Of a stretch of 64,000 bases of DNA, positions 8,243 to 17,879 are shown piece after piece. The stretch covers positions 32,001 through 96,000 of the forward strand of contig JBCNUU010000005.1 of NCBI GenBank assembly GCA_039630545.1, in the 5' to 3' direction. Within the stretch, counting starts at the first letter, position 1. Each line of letters opens with the position of its first letter. The DNA is from Endomicrobiia bacterium (GTDB lineage: Bacteria; Elusimicrobiota; Endomicrobiia; DTEH01). The notes under the pieces were generated by a model. The model saw only the letters and a program-made list of their open reading frames with translations, was not told the origin of the DNA and ran no database searches. The translations under genes were made by a program, and so were the position numbers.

Positions 8243-10459
8243 TCACATCAAAGGTGGTAAAGATAAGGCTGGATGATTGACTTTTGTTAAGTGTTCAAGC
8301 AACTGCTGTGGATCTGTAGTTATTGTTTCATCTGCTATTTTTTCTAACAAATCTGGTTCTCCTATTTCTTCACAGCGTTTTTTGAGTTTTTCATATAACA
8401 TATCTTTTAATTCTTTAGTCATCCAGACAATTCGTTTAAGTCCACCTTCTGGAAGTAAAAACTTTTTGCTTACTAAATATAATCTTCCCACACCTAAAAA
8501 CCCTGGAATCTGATTTCCGCCACCTACAGAACCTGCTAAAGTTGAAAATGTCATTCCACAGGGCGTCATACCAGTATATCCTCGGTTTACTACCATAAAA
8601 CCATTACATTCTGGAAGAATAGCTATGATACACTCAAAGCATCCACAGGATGTAGTTGGATATTCCATGATAGAATAATTCAAAAACCTTTCAACTGCAC
8701 CATGTGATGCTTCGTGGACAAATTTATTAACCCCTTCCCATTCTCCTTTTAAAGGATCAATACATCTTCCTTTTATAATAGGTTGGTTCATCCCTTTAGG
8801 ATTAATTTCATAAGCTGCTTTTCCATCAATCCAGTTATATGCTCCACAAAGACCAATCTTTTCTGGAGTAATTACACAAACATGGTTTGGCGCATAACTC
8901 TGACATAAGGTGCATGAATAAAAAGTATCCACAGCTTCATCAGTTAATCCAGCAAGACGAGTATCACGTTCATCATAAATTTTTAATATCTGTGGCAACA
9001 ATTCCTTAATTTTTGTTTCGTCAGTATAAATTTTAACCTGAACTTTATCTACCAGTGCAGGAAAATCTTCTAAAAATTTTGCAACTAAAATTTTACCAAA
9101 ATGTTTTAGTCTAAATCCTGAATTATATGCTTCTTTTGAAATTCTTATCCAGTTTTGATTTCTTTGTCCCATATGAAATATACCTTTTGCAAAGCTTATA
9201 TAGTGGTGGATTTGTCTTTCTAAAATAGATTCAAAGTCTTTTTGCATTTTTCTTCCTGCTACTTCTACAACTATACCTAGAGGCATTGCAAAAGGTAACT
9301 TGTCGGATTCAACTTTTACTTCGTCTATATCATGACCAACAACTTCTATTTTTCCATTTTCAATTTCCTCAAAGGATCTCATTAAAACTACTTCAAAAGA
9401 TGTGGAGTATTTGCCTCCAAATTCTACATAAGTTTCTTCTTTTCTTACTCGTTCTCCTTCAAAAGCAGCCCCAAATGCTACCGGGATATCTATTTTTGAA
9501 ATTTTAATTTTAAGACCGCGAATTTCTATAGCTTTGTTTACAATTTCTTCTTGAGGTACAGGAGAAACTACATATTCATAAGTACCAACTCCACTTGAAA
9601 GTATCTGACCAATATCTGTATCTGCAACTACAGGAAAACCAAAGTTTATAGCACCCGCAGCTGTTGCAAATTTTTCTTCATCTACTTCTCCTAAGGCAAT
9701 AATAAACGCAAATACTCGTTCTTTGTTGTATAAAAGTATATCTTTTGCTTTGCCAGGTTGAATTCCTCCAAAAGACATTGCTGCTCTTGTTGCAAAATTT
9801 AAAGCATAAACTGTGGATGTTATATCGGTCCCGTGAGGAACCAAAAATACATCCCAGCCCATCTGAATTCCTTCCTGAGCAAGTTGTTGTGCTATACAGA
9901 TCTTTTTTCCGTTTACAAGAGAAGTGGCTGACATAAATACGAGTATATTTCTTTCTTGCAACTGAGTTATTATTTTTTTTGCAGTGTCAACATCAGAAGG
10001 AGCACCTACTATTGTTGCAAAACCAGGCATTCTTCCATCTACAAGTTTAATGCCCTGTTCTCTTAAAATCATATCATTTGTAAAACCTACCCAGAAATCA
10101 TGGTTAGGTTTGGGATGATAGTCTGGTAATGAATATTTAAGTGCTTCAATAATTTCTTCAGCAAATAAAGTAGCTATACCAGCGTCAAGGGTATCACCTA
10201 AATAGGTTAACCAAAGTTCTTCCGAAGGAAGCACTGGCAGCAATTTTTTTGTATATTCAATCATAGGGAACAAATCACCCAATTTTTGAATTTTTTCTGC
10301 AGTCATAGCATATATAAAAGGTAAATAATAAGCAGTGTCTGGAAAACCAACCGGCAGTTCTTTGCCATATTTTTCAATTGCTTTATTTAGCATCTCTTCT
10401 GCACGAGCTACAATTTTGTGTGCTCCCAAAATTGCTTTTGTAGCAATCATCTTTGACAT
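8243..10459 (-). CDS. acsB: Acetyl-CoA synthase (ACS) catalytic subunit, intact
   Basis: GFPDTAYYLP N-terminal domain; A-cluster ligands CTLCQSYAPNHVC..PE..GLCG and TSCGCFE all present; 738 aa. Confidence 0.96.
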   Translation of the reverse strand: MSKMIATKAILGAHKIVARAEEMLNKAIEKYGKELPVGFPDTAYYLPFIYAMTAEKIQKLGDLFPMIEYTKKLLPVLPSEELWLTYLGDTLDAGIATLFAEEIIEALKYSLPDYHPKPNHDFWVGFTNDMILREQGIKLVDGRMPGFATIVGAPSDVDTAKKIITQLQERNILVFMSATSLVNGKKICIAQQLAQEGIQMGWDVFLVPHGTDITSTVYALNFATRAAMSFGGIQPGKAKDILLYNKERVFAFIIALGEVDEEKFATAAGAINFGFPVVADTDIGQILSSGVGTYEYVVSPVPQEEIVNKAIEIRGLKIKISKIDIPVAFGAAFEGERVRKEETYVEFGGKYSTSFEVVLMRSFEEIENGKIEVVGHDIDEVKVESDKLPFAMPLGIVVEVAGRKMQKDFESILERQIHHYISFAKGIFHMGQRNQNWIRISKEAYNSGFRLKHFGKILVAKFLEDFPALVDKVQVKIYTDETKIKELLPQILKIYDERDTRLAGLTDEAVDTFYSCTLCQSYAPNHVCVITPEKIGLCGAYNWIDGKAAYEINPKGMNQPIIKGRCIDPLKGEWEGVNKFVHEASHGAVERFLNYSIMEYPTTSCGCFECIIAILPECNGFMVVNRGYTGMTPCGMTFSTLAGSVGGGNQIPGFLGVGRLYLVSKKFLLPEGGLKRIVWMTKELKDMLYEKLKKRCEEIGEPDLLEKIADETITTDPQQLLEHLTKVNHPALSLPPLM

Positions 10460-10477
10460 AGTTTTTTTCTCCTTTTT

Positions 10478-11351
10478 TAATTTCAGTGCTTCTCGTTTTT
10501 TATTTTAAAGGATCTGGTTTAAATACATATTTTCTTCTAATAATTTTTTCAACTTCTTGAGTGCAAAATTTTACAACATTTTATGCTTCTGTTACATGAT
10601 ATGGAGTTCCAAAAAATACAAGTACTCAAGAAGCTACAAAGTAGCATCCTATTGTTATTGCCTTATTGTTATTGCCTTTTCTGAATACCATTAAAACACA
10701 GCACCTGCTATTGGCATTCGTCTAACGAGTTACAAATGTCTTCTTCTTTCAACATAGCATAACATGCAATAAGAATTCTTGAGTTGTCAACACAAGAATC
10801 AAAATGTAACACAGGTGGCATCCCTACTGCTTTGCAGATCTCCTGCAGCCCTTTACCTGCGTATTCAAAAGCAACTTCTGATTTCATCAAACCTTCTTTT
10901 GGGCACTCAATAGCAACACAGTCTGTTTCTACAACTAACACATCATGTTTTAAAAGTTCATTGGGCGTTATTACATGCTAATGTCCACTTAATAATTTTG
11001 GATTGCTATACCTTACAAGTCCTACAACACCGCAAATTCTTCCATCGCAAATAGCATCATTTTTTATGCTATATTTAGCCATAGGTTATTTTCATAGCAA
11101 ATCTTTTTTATTTTTCAGGGAATTTTGTGGGAATAGAAAAAATCACCTTTTTATTTCTCAAATTCTTTAGGTATTTTGTGAACAAACTTTTTTGCTATTA
11201 AATTTTTTAGATTTGGTGTCTGTTTGAAAATCAAATTCTTTGGTTATAATTTTGAGTTTTTTATAGTTCTACTAGTTTCAAGATTTAATTCTTCTATGAT
11301 TTGTTTTACTTTTAGTGTGGTTTGATTCTGTGTTTTAACTTCTGATGAAAT
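10478..11351 (-). pseudogene. cooS: Anaerobic Ni-CO dehydrogenase catalytic subunit pseudogene with large internal deletions, stops and frameshifts
   Basis: Manual translation: DAICDGRICGVVGLVRYSNPK...H*HVITPNELLKHDVLVVETDCVAIEC.KEGL...GMPPVLHFDSCVDNSR / PIAGAVF*WYSEKAITI / GCYFVAS*VLVFFG.P...KPDP / KKREALKL. AGGAG plus 7 nt then ATT at 11351 is a probable mutated start. About 0.87 kb remains of a gene normally about 1.9 kb. The 5' boundary is inferred. Confidence 0.9.
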
Positions 11352-11369
11352 AGAATAACTCCTTTTTAT

Positions 11370-12030
11370 ATGTTAATGAAAATTGACTTTACTTTTTGGA
11401 AAAAACTGAAGAAGATAATTTTATTTTGCTTTCTTCAAATTTTTGCAAAGGTTTATTAAAATTTATATAATTTTATATTTTTTTTCAACTGTTGTTAAAT
11501 GAAAATTAGATCAGGTTGTGTAGTGATTTTTTTTGCAATAATGTTTACTTTTTTAATTTTTAATTCTTCTGCTAGATTTAAAATTCTTTGTGTAGTTTGT
11601 ATACTTTTTAATGTAGGTTCTGTCAAAATAAAAAGTGTATAATATATTTCTTGTTGTTTTTCGTGTTAGTACTTCTATTTCCTGCAAGGAGGTTTATAAT
11701 TATGACTTCATCTGTGTTTAAAATTAAATGTGTAAGTAAACTTTTAAGAAAAGCATTTTCAGGGCAATAACAGCCACTATCTGCTTTCTTTATTATAAGT
11801 AAGTATAAATTTTCTCTTTTAAAAGAATACTTTTCAGAAACATCGCTTACTTTCGTATTAAGTATATAGAACCCAGTTTTAAGTTTTAAGGTTTAAGTTT
11901 TAAGGTTTGACTTGGTTCTTTCTTCTATTAAATGCTTAAGTTCAGATATAAGGGTAATATTTTTAAGCTCTTTAGGAAATTCTAATGTAAAACCTAAATT
12001 TCCATTAGGGTTTGCATCTGTAGCATTATA
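11370..12030 (-). pseudogene. cooC: CODH nickel-insertion ATPase CooC pseudogene
   Basis: Fragments DANPNGNLGFTLEFP...ISELKHLIEERT / SGCYCPENAFLKSLLTHLIL..DEVII / EPTLKSIQTTQRILNLAEELKIK...*. The P-loop is missing and there are frameshifts. Boundaries are approximate. Confidence 0.85.
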
Positions 12031-12380
12031 TATTCTATTATCCAATGGACATACATTTACATAAATTCCACAGCGACTAGATATTAAAATTTCTTTTTCT
12101 TTGTTTTAAAAATCTCCACGGTTAAAAAAGCAAAAATCCTGAAGTACAGACAAATTATCATTAATCGGTATAAAAAAACTCATGATAACTAAAAATATGA
12201 AAGATGAACTAATTGTTGTAAAGATGCTATAATCTATCTAAAGGAATAAATTTATATAACTATCAATTATCCTTTCGAATATAAGAAAAAGTATATCGTG
12301 ATAGACACATCTTGCATATGGATTTCACACCACATTCTTTCAAACAGTTAAAATTAAAAATAAAAAAATACGAGGAAACA
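12031..12380 (-). pseudogene. Possible remnant of a membrane 4Fe-4S (NapH/polyferredoxin-like) gene
   Basis: Fragments ERMWCE (resembles GRxWCG), a hydrophobic stretch, and RCGIYVNVCPL (degenerate CxxCxxxCP); interrupted frames. Confidence 0.35.
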
Positions 12381-12410
12381 AAACTTTATTGTTTGTAAAC
12401 TTTATTGACT

Positions 12411-12710
12411 CTAAAAGAAAATGCATAAAACATATTCTAAATTGCCTTCAGGTATTTCAGTATAAAATTTTTTATTAAAACCTTTTAAATCCACAGTAAC
12501 TGCGTCTGCATATTTTATTAACTCTTTTAAAGGAATAGGATTAACAGAACCATTTGTATGAAACAGCACTTTTAATCCTTTTTGTTTTGCTAATTTAGCA
12601 ATATCATATATATATTCATAAAAAATTGTTGGTTCATTTATATTGTGAGAAATTGATTTGCAGTTATTTCTTATTGCTTCTTTAATTACTTGTTGTGGTG
12701 TATAATTATT
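12411..12710 (-). pseudogene. Internal fragment of an AmmeMemoRadiSam (AmrS-type) radical SAM gene
   Basis: TPQQVIKEAIRNNCKSISHNINEPTIFYEYIYDIAKLAKQKGLKVLFHTNGS..P.PLKEL..Y.DAVTVDLKGF...FY; no start codon, no CxxxCxxC, truncated at both ends. Confidence 0.75.
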
Positions 12711-12834
12711 ATATGGAAAAATTGCTATGTATGAATGTAGTTATTCATTAAAATAATATGTAATGTTATAGCGAAATAATTGCCACTTTTTTGAAAAGAA
12801 ACTGTAACTTTATTGCTATTTTTTAATCGTTATT

Positions 12835-14544
12835 TTAAAATAATCCTATAACTTTTCCATTTTCATCAATATCAACTTTTGTACCAGCAGGAACCGAAGG
12901 AAGGCCTGGCATAGTTCTTATTTCTCCACACAATGGAGACAAAAATCCAGCACCAATAGATGCTCTAATATCTTTTATTGGCAACACAAAATCTTTTGGT
13001 CTTCCTTTCCAGGAAGGTTCATGAGAAATTGAAAGATGTGTTTTAGCCATACAAATAGGAAGTTTATCCCAACCAAGTTCTGTATATAATTTTATTTTTT
13101 CCTCTGCAACAGAAGAATATTGAACCTCTTTTGCACCGTAAATTTTTGTAGCTATAATGTGAATTTTATCTTTAATAGGGATATCTAATGGATAAAGAAA
13201 TTTAAAATTATTAGGTTTATTAGCTGTTTTAATTACTGCAAAAGCAAGATCTTTGCCTCCCTCTCCACCTTTTGCCCATACTTCAGAGACTACTGCTTCT
13301 TCTGCACCAAAATCTTTTGCACGCTTTTGTATTAAAGAAATTTCTTTGTCTGTGTCGGTTGTAAATCTATTTATTGCTACCACTACTGGAACTCCGTGAA
13401 TTAGAACATTTTCTATTTGTTTTTCTAAATTACATAACCCTTCTTCTAATAGTTGTAAATTTTCTTTTGTTAACTCTTCAGGTAAAGGTTTTCCTGGAAG
13501 AACATTGATTTTTCCAGAATGCATCTTCAAAGCTCTCACTGTAGCTACCATTACTACACAGTGTGGTGTAAGTCCTGAATAACGGCATTTTATATTCATA
13601 AATTTTTCCATACCACAGTCTGCACCAAATCCGCTTTCTGTAACGACATATTCTGCAAGTTTGGTAGCAATAAGATCAGCAAGTATTGAACTATTTCCAT
13701 GAGCAATGTTAGCAAAAGGTCCTGTATGAACAAACACTGGGGTGTATTCTGTTGTTTGTAGAAGGTTTGGTTTTATAGCATCCTTAAGTAATACAGTCAT
13801 TGCTCCAGCAACTTTAATATCTTCTGCTGTTACGGGTTTATTATCGTAAGTAAATGCTACTACTACTTTAGAAAGACGTTTCCTGAGATCTTGTAAGGAA
13901 TTAGTTAACGCAAGAATCGCCATAAGTTCTGATGTACCAGAAATATCAAAACCACTACTCAAAGGCATTCCGTCATCACTTACAGGACCTAATCCAATTA
14001 TAATATTTCTTAAAAAACGTTCTGAAACATCCATTACATACCGCCATAAGATTTTTTTGGGGTCAATTGGAATTTGTCGTCTATAGAGTGCATTATTTAA
14101 AAATGCCATACATAAATTATGGGCTATAGAAACCGCATGTGTATCACCTGTAAGATGGAGATTGAAATCCTCCATGGGAAGAACTTGTGAATAGCCACCT
14201 CCTGCAGCTCCACCTTTTATACCAAACACTGGTCCCAAAGATGGTTGTCTTATACAGGTAAAAACTTTTTTTCCTAACTTTGCCAGTCCTAAAGAAAGTC
14301 CAATTGTAGTAATGGTTTTCCCTTCTCCAAGAGGAGTAGGTGTTATCGCCGTTACATCAATATATTTTGCTTGAGGGTTATTTTTAATTCTTTCTAAAAT
14401 TTCAAGTTTCACTTTAGCTTTATAGTCTCCATAGAGCTCCAATTCAGAAGGTAGTATTCCCGCCAGTTTAGCAATTTCAGTTATAGGTTTTAGTTTTATA
14501 CTCTGTGCTATTTCTATATCTGATGGAACTTCATAGTATGCCAT
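12835..14544 (-). CDS. fhs: Formate-tetrahydrofolate ligase
   Basis: SDIEIAQ, TAITPTPLGEGKT, GIKGGAAGGGYSQ, GPFANIAHG and TMPGLP motifs. Confidence 0.97.
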   Translation of the reverse strand: MAYYEVPSDIEIAQSIKLKPITEIAKLAGILPSELELYGDYKAKVKLEILERIKNNPQAKYIDVTAITPTPLGEGKTITTIGLSLGLAKLGKKVFTCIRQPSLGPVFGIKGGAAGGGYSQVLPMEDFNLHLTGDTHAVSIAHNLCMAFLNNALYRRQIPIDPKKILWRYVMDVSERFLRNIIIGLGPVSDDGMPLSSGFDISGTSELMAILALTNSLQDLRKRLSKVVVAFTYDNKPVTAEDIKVAGAMTVLLKDAIKPNLLQTTEYTPVFVHTGPFANIAHGNSSILADLIATKLAEYVVTESGFGADCGMEKFMNIKCRYSGLTPHCVVMVATVRALKMHSGKINVLPGKPLPEELTKENLQLLEEGLCNLEKQIENVLIHGVPVVVAINRFTTDTDKEISLIQKRAKDFGAEEAVVSEVWAKGGEGGKDLAFAVIKTANKPNNFKFLYPLDIPIKDKIHIIATKIYGAKEVQYSSVAEEKIKLYTELGWDKLPICMAKTHLSISHEPSWKGRPKDFVLPIKDIRASIGAGFLSPLCGEIRTMPGLPSVPAGTKVDIDENGKVIGLF

Positions 14545-14560
14545 AAGTTTTCACCTCCTT

Positions 14561-15355
14561 TTATTTTTTACGATAAGCCTCTAAGAACGACTCACAATAT
14601 AATTGTTTACCCAAAAGGAGTTCCGCAGTGATTATTGCATCCATAAGTTCTTTATCTAACGGATTTAAAATTGCACTATCTAAACCAGAAGCCAATGCTA
14701 ACACTACATAAGTTCGGTCAATTAAATTTCTATATTTTGTTCCTTGAGAAACATTAGATAATCCTAATAGAGTTTTAGGAGGTGGATCTGATACAAGTTT
14801 TATTTGCTGGATTACTTCTAATACGGCAGTAGCATTCTGTTGTGATACATTAATTGGTAGGATTACAGGATCTATAAATAAATTTTCTACATCATATTCG
14901 TACTCAACACATTTTTGAATAATGTTTGTTACTAACTCCATTTTACCTTGAACATCCTGTGGAACACCTGACTTTGAAATAGTTAGTGCTATAAGTTTCG
15001 CATTATATTTTTTTGCCATTGGGATGTAGATATCTAACTTTTCAAAGTCAGCATGTGTAGAATTTATGAAACATCCTTCTCCTTTGCTTGCTGTTTTGAG
15101 ACCTTCTTGCATTATTTCAGGTTTAGTAGTATCAATTGCTAAAGGTGCATCAGTTATTTCTCTAATAGTATTAATAAGCCACAACATATCTTCTAACGGA
15201 TTTATAGATTCAGGTCCTACATTTACATCCAGCGCATTAGCTCCTGCCTCAAGCTGTTGTTTAGCAAGCTCTTTAATAAACTCCGAGTTACGTTCTTTTA
15301 TTGCCTGGTTTACTTTTTTAAACATTCCGTTTATTTTTTCTCCTATGATATACAT
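14561..15355 (-). CDS. acsE: Methyl-THF:corrinoid Fe-S protein methyltransferase
   Basis: IIGEKINGMF, LDVNVGP, LAIDTT, IDP, GLSNVSQ and GLDSAI motifs; C-terminal YCESFL. Confidence 0.92.
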   Translation of the reverse strand: MYIIGEKINGMFKKVNQAIKERNSEFIKELAKQQLEAGANALDVNVGPESINPLEDMLWLINTIREITDAPLAIDTTKPEIMQEGLKTASKGEGCFINSTHADFEKLDIYIPMAKKYNAKLIALTISKSGVPQDVQGKMELVTNIIQKCVEYEYDVENLFIDPVILPINVSQQNATAVLEVIQQIKLVSDPPPKTLLGLSNVSQGTKYRNLIDRTYVVLALASGLDSAILNPLDKELMDAIITAELLLGKQLYCESFLEAYRKK

Positions 15356-15394
15356 TTTGATTGTTCCTCCGTAGTCCGTGAGGATATTATAATA

Positions 15395-15925
15395 TTATAA
15401 TGAATCTAAAAACTTACAATAAATTTGATAATCTTTGTAATCAAACAAAACAAATCTAACAATTTTAATGCTATTTAATTCTTTTGAAATAGATTTTATA
15501 GTGTCAAATACAACTTTTGTTGCTTCCTCTATAGGATATCCAAATGCTCCTGTGGAGATAGCAGGAAATGCAATAGAGGTTATTTTATTTTTTTCAGCAA
15601 CTTTTAAGACATTAATGTAACATTTTGCTAAAAGTTTATCCTCCGGTTTATCAATACCATATCTAGGACCTAGACAATGGATAATATATTTATTTGGTAA
15701 GTTATAAGCTTTGGTAATAACTGCTTCAGTGGGTTTTATTGGAGCATATTTTTTAGTTTCTTTTTCAAGTTCACTTCCAGCAGCTCGATGTATTGCACCA
15801 GCTACTCCTCCACCGGGTTTAAGCCATGCGTTTGCAGCATTTACAATTGCTTCAATATCAGGTTGTTTTGTAATGTCACCTTGGACACATTGGATTTTTA
15901 TTTTTTCTATTTGTTTTTCTTTCAT
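15395..15925 (-). CDS. Macro-domain protein (O-acetyl-ADP-ribose deacetylase, YmdB-like)
   Basis: GDIT, IVNAAN, GGGVAGAIHRAAG and FPAISTGAFGYP motifs. Confidence 0.9.
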   Translation of the reverse strand: MKEKQIEKIKIQCVQGDITKQPDIEAIVNAANAWLKPGGGVAGAIHRAAGSELEKETKKYAPIKPTEAVITKAYNLPNKYIIHCLGPRYGIDKPEDKLLAKCYINVLKVAEKNKITSIAFPAISTGAFGYPIEEATKVVFDTIKSISKELNSIKIVRFVLFDYKDYQIYCKFLDSL

Positions 15926-15939
15926 TGTTTTTTGTTGCT

Positions 15940-16484
15940 AAAATATTTTTGTAAATATTGATAGTATTAAGGTCTTAAAAAATTTAAAATTATTAACATT
16001 ACTCTTTTTAAAATTACAAGTGAATGATAAAATTAGAATAACTCCTATGTCAAAGATAATCCAATCAAAATTATCTTGATTTTTGGTGGCAATCTGTAAT
16101 TAACAACACATATGAGAGGTGTTAACACAAGACTACCCATATTGTGGGTAAAATAAACAGTACATCCCAACTTTACAAATTTTCAGGCCAGTTAATAAAG
16201 AATTTTAATCCTATGTAATAAATTATATCCCATGTCCCAAAGCTAAACAGAAAGTAACAAAATCTTTCAATAAAAGTTTTTCCATATAGTAAACTGATGG
16301 ATATTAAAATTATGATTGTAGAGACTTCTTTTAAAATTTCGATTCTAAATAATTTTGGTAAAATGTTCAAATTTAACGGAAAAAATCCAAAAGGGTAATA
16401 AATTTCTCTTACATAAACTTCAACGGCTGCTTCTAATACTCCCATTGTGACAGCAAATATAAATAGTACAATAAGTTTTTTCAT
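15940..16484 (-). pseudogene. Conserved-looking membrane protein, probably pseudogenised
   Basis: ORF 16173-16484 ends ...WDIIYY...WPENL*. The same frame continues SWDVLFILPTIW, and hydrophobic segments follow in shifted frames. The 3' boundary is approximate. Confidence 0.6.
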
Positions 16485-17851
16485 TGTTGTTTATTAATTG
16501 GAAATTTTTTGATTTCTTCTAAGGACTTTTTAATTTCGTCTTCAGGATAAGCATAGTCTTCAAGTTTTCCTTCGAAAAATTGATCATATGCAGCAAGATC
16601 AAAATGTCCATGACCACTAAAATTAAACACTATGCATTTTTCTTGTTTTGTTTCTTTACATTTTAAAGCTTCATCAATTGTTGCTTTTATAGCATGTGCG
16701 GTTTCAGGTGCAGGTAAAAATCCTTCTGTTTTTGCGAAAGTTACTGCAGCTTCAAATACTGCTTTTTGAGGATAAGCTACAGCATCGATGAGTTTTTTAT
16801 TTACAAGATAACATAAAATCGGCGCGTCTCCATGATATCTTAATCCTCCTGCATGAATTTTAGGAGGTACAAATTTATGTCCTAAAGTGTACATTTTAAG
16901 AAGTGGAGTAAGTCCTACAGTGTCTCCATAGTCATAAAGATATAACCCTTTTGTAAGTGAAGGACAAGCTGTGGGTTCCACTGCTAAGAATTTAGTGTTA
17001 GTTTTTCCTTTAATTTTATCAGCCACAAAAGGTAAAACAAATCCAGCAAAATTACTTCCACCACCTACACATCCTATCATAATATCTGGCTTTTCGTTAA
17101 TCATCTCAAGTTGTTTTTTTGTTTCGAGTCCTATTATTGTCTGATGAAGTAACACATGGTTTAATACACTTCCTAAGGAATACTTTGTATCTTCATGAGT
17201 AACAGCATCTTCTACGGCCTCTGAAATAGCTATTCCTAAAGAGCCAGGAGAATTCGGGTTCTCAGATAAGACTTTTTTTCCAGAACTAGTAAAGTTTGTA
17301 GGTGAAGAATAAACATCAGCACCCCATGCATGCATTAATGATTTTCTGAATGGTTTTTGTTCATAACTAATTTTTACCATATAGATTGTACATTTTAGAC
17401 CAAAAATATTACAGGCAAATGCTAAAGCAGACCCCCACTGTCCAGCTCCAGTTTCTGTGGTAAGCCTTTTTACTCCTTCTATTTTATTATAGTAGGCTTG
17501 TGCTACTGCTGTGTTAGGTTTATGACTTCCTGCAGGTGATACGCTTTCATTTTTATAATAGATCCTAGCAGGTGTTTTAAGATATTTTTCCAGTTCGTAA
17601 GCACGAACTAAAGGTGTTGGTCTCCACATTTTATATACATTGATGACTTCATCAGGAATTGGGATCCATCTTTCCTGTGAAACTTCTTGCTGAATTAATC
17701 CCATAGGGAAAATAGGAATAAGCTCTTCTAAACTTACAGGTTTTCCTGTTTTGGGATTTATAGGCGGAGGAAGTGGTTCAGGAAGATCAGGTAGTATGTT
17801 ATACCATTCTTTGGGTATGTCTTTTTCTTGTAGGATTATTTTTTTGTCCAT
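16481..17851 (-). CDS. trpB2: Tryptophan synthase beta-2 type (TrpB2) PLP enzyme
   Basis: [27 protein letters not shown] and [10 protein letters not shown] motifs; start moved to MDKKI, which has a GAAGGAG RBS. Confidence 0.92.
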   Translation of the reverse strand: MDKKIILQEKDIPKEWYNILPDLPEPLPPPINPKTGKPVSLEELIPIFPMGLIQQEVSQERWIPIPDEVINVYKMWRPTPLVRAYELEKYLKTPARIYYKNESVSPAGSHKPNTAVAQAYYNKIEGVKRLTTETGAGQWGSALAFACNIFGLKCTIYMVKISYEQKPFRKSLMHAWGADVYSSPTNFTSSGKKVLSENPNSPGSLGIAISEAVEDAVTHEDTKYSLGSVLNHVLLHQTIIGLETKKQLEMINEKPDIMIGCVGGGSNFAGFVLPFVADKIKGKTNTKFLAVEPTACPSLTKGLYLYDYGDTVGLTPLLKMYTLGHKFVPPKIHAGGLRYHGDAPILCYLVNKKLIDAVAYPQKAVFEAAVTFAKTEGFLPAPETAHAIKATIDEALKCKETKQEKCIVFNFSGHGHFDLAAYDQFFEGKLEDYAYPEDEIKKSLEEIKKFPINKQQ

Positions 17852-17879
17852 AATTATAACTCCTTCTACATAAGTTTTT

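Noticed and set aside
10708..10941. 77-aa ORF as a functional small protein
   Set aside because: It is an internal fragment of the cooS pseudogene, with an in-frame stop upstream and a frameshift downstream.
10478..11060. Stop-codon recoding (Sec, Pyl or alternative code) explaining the cooS stops
   Set aside because: TAA, TAG and TGA all occur along with frameshifts and deletions, and neighbouring genes read cleanly in the standard bacterial code.
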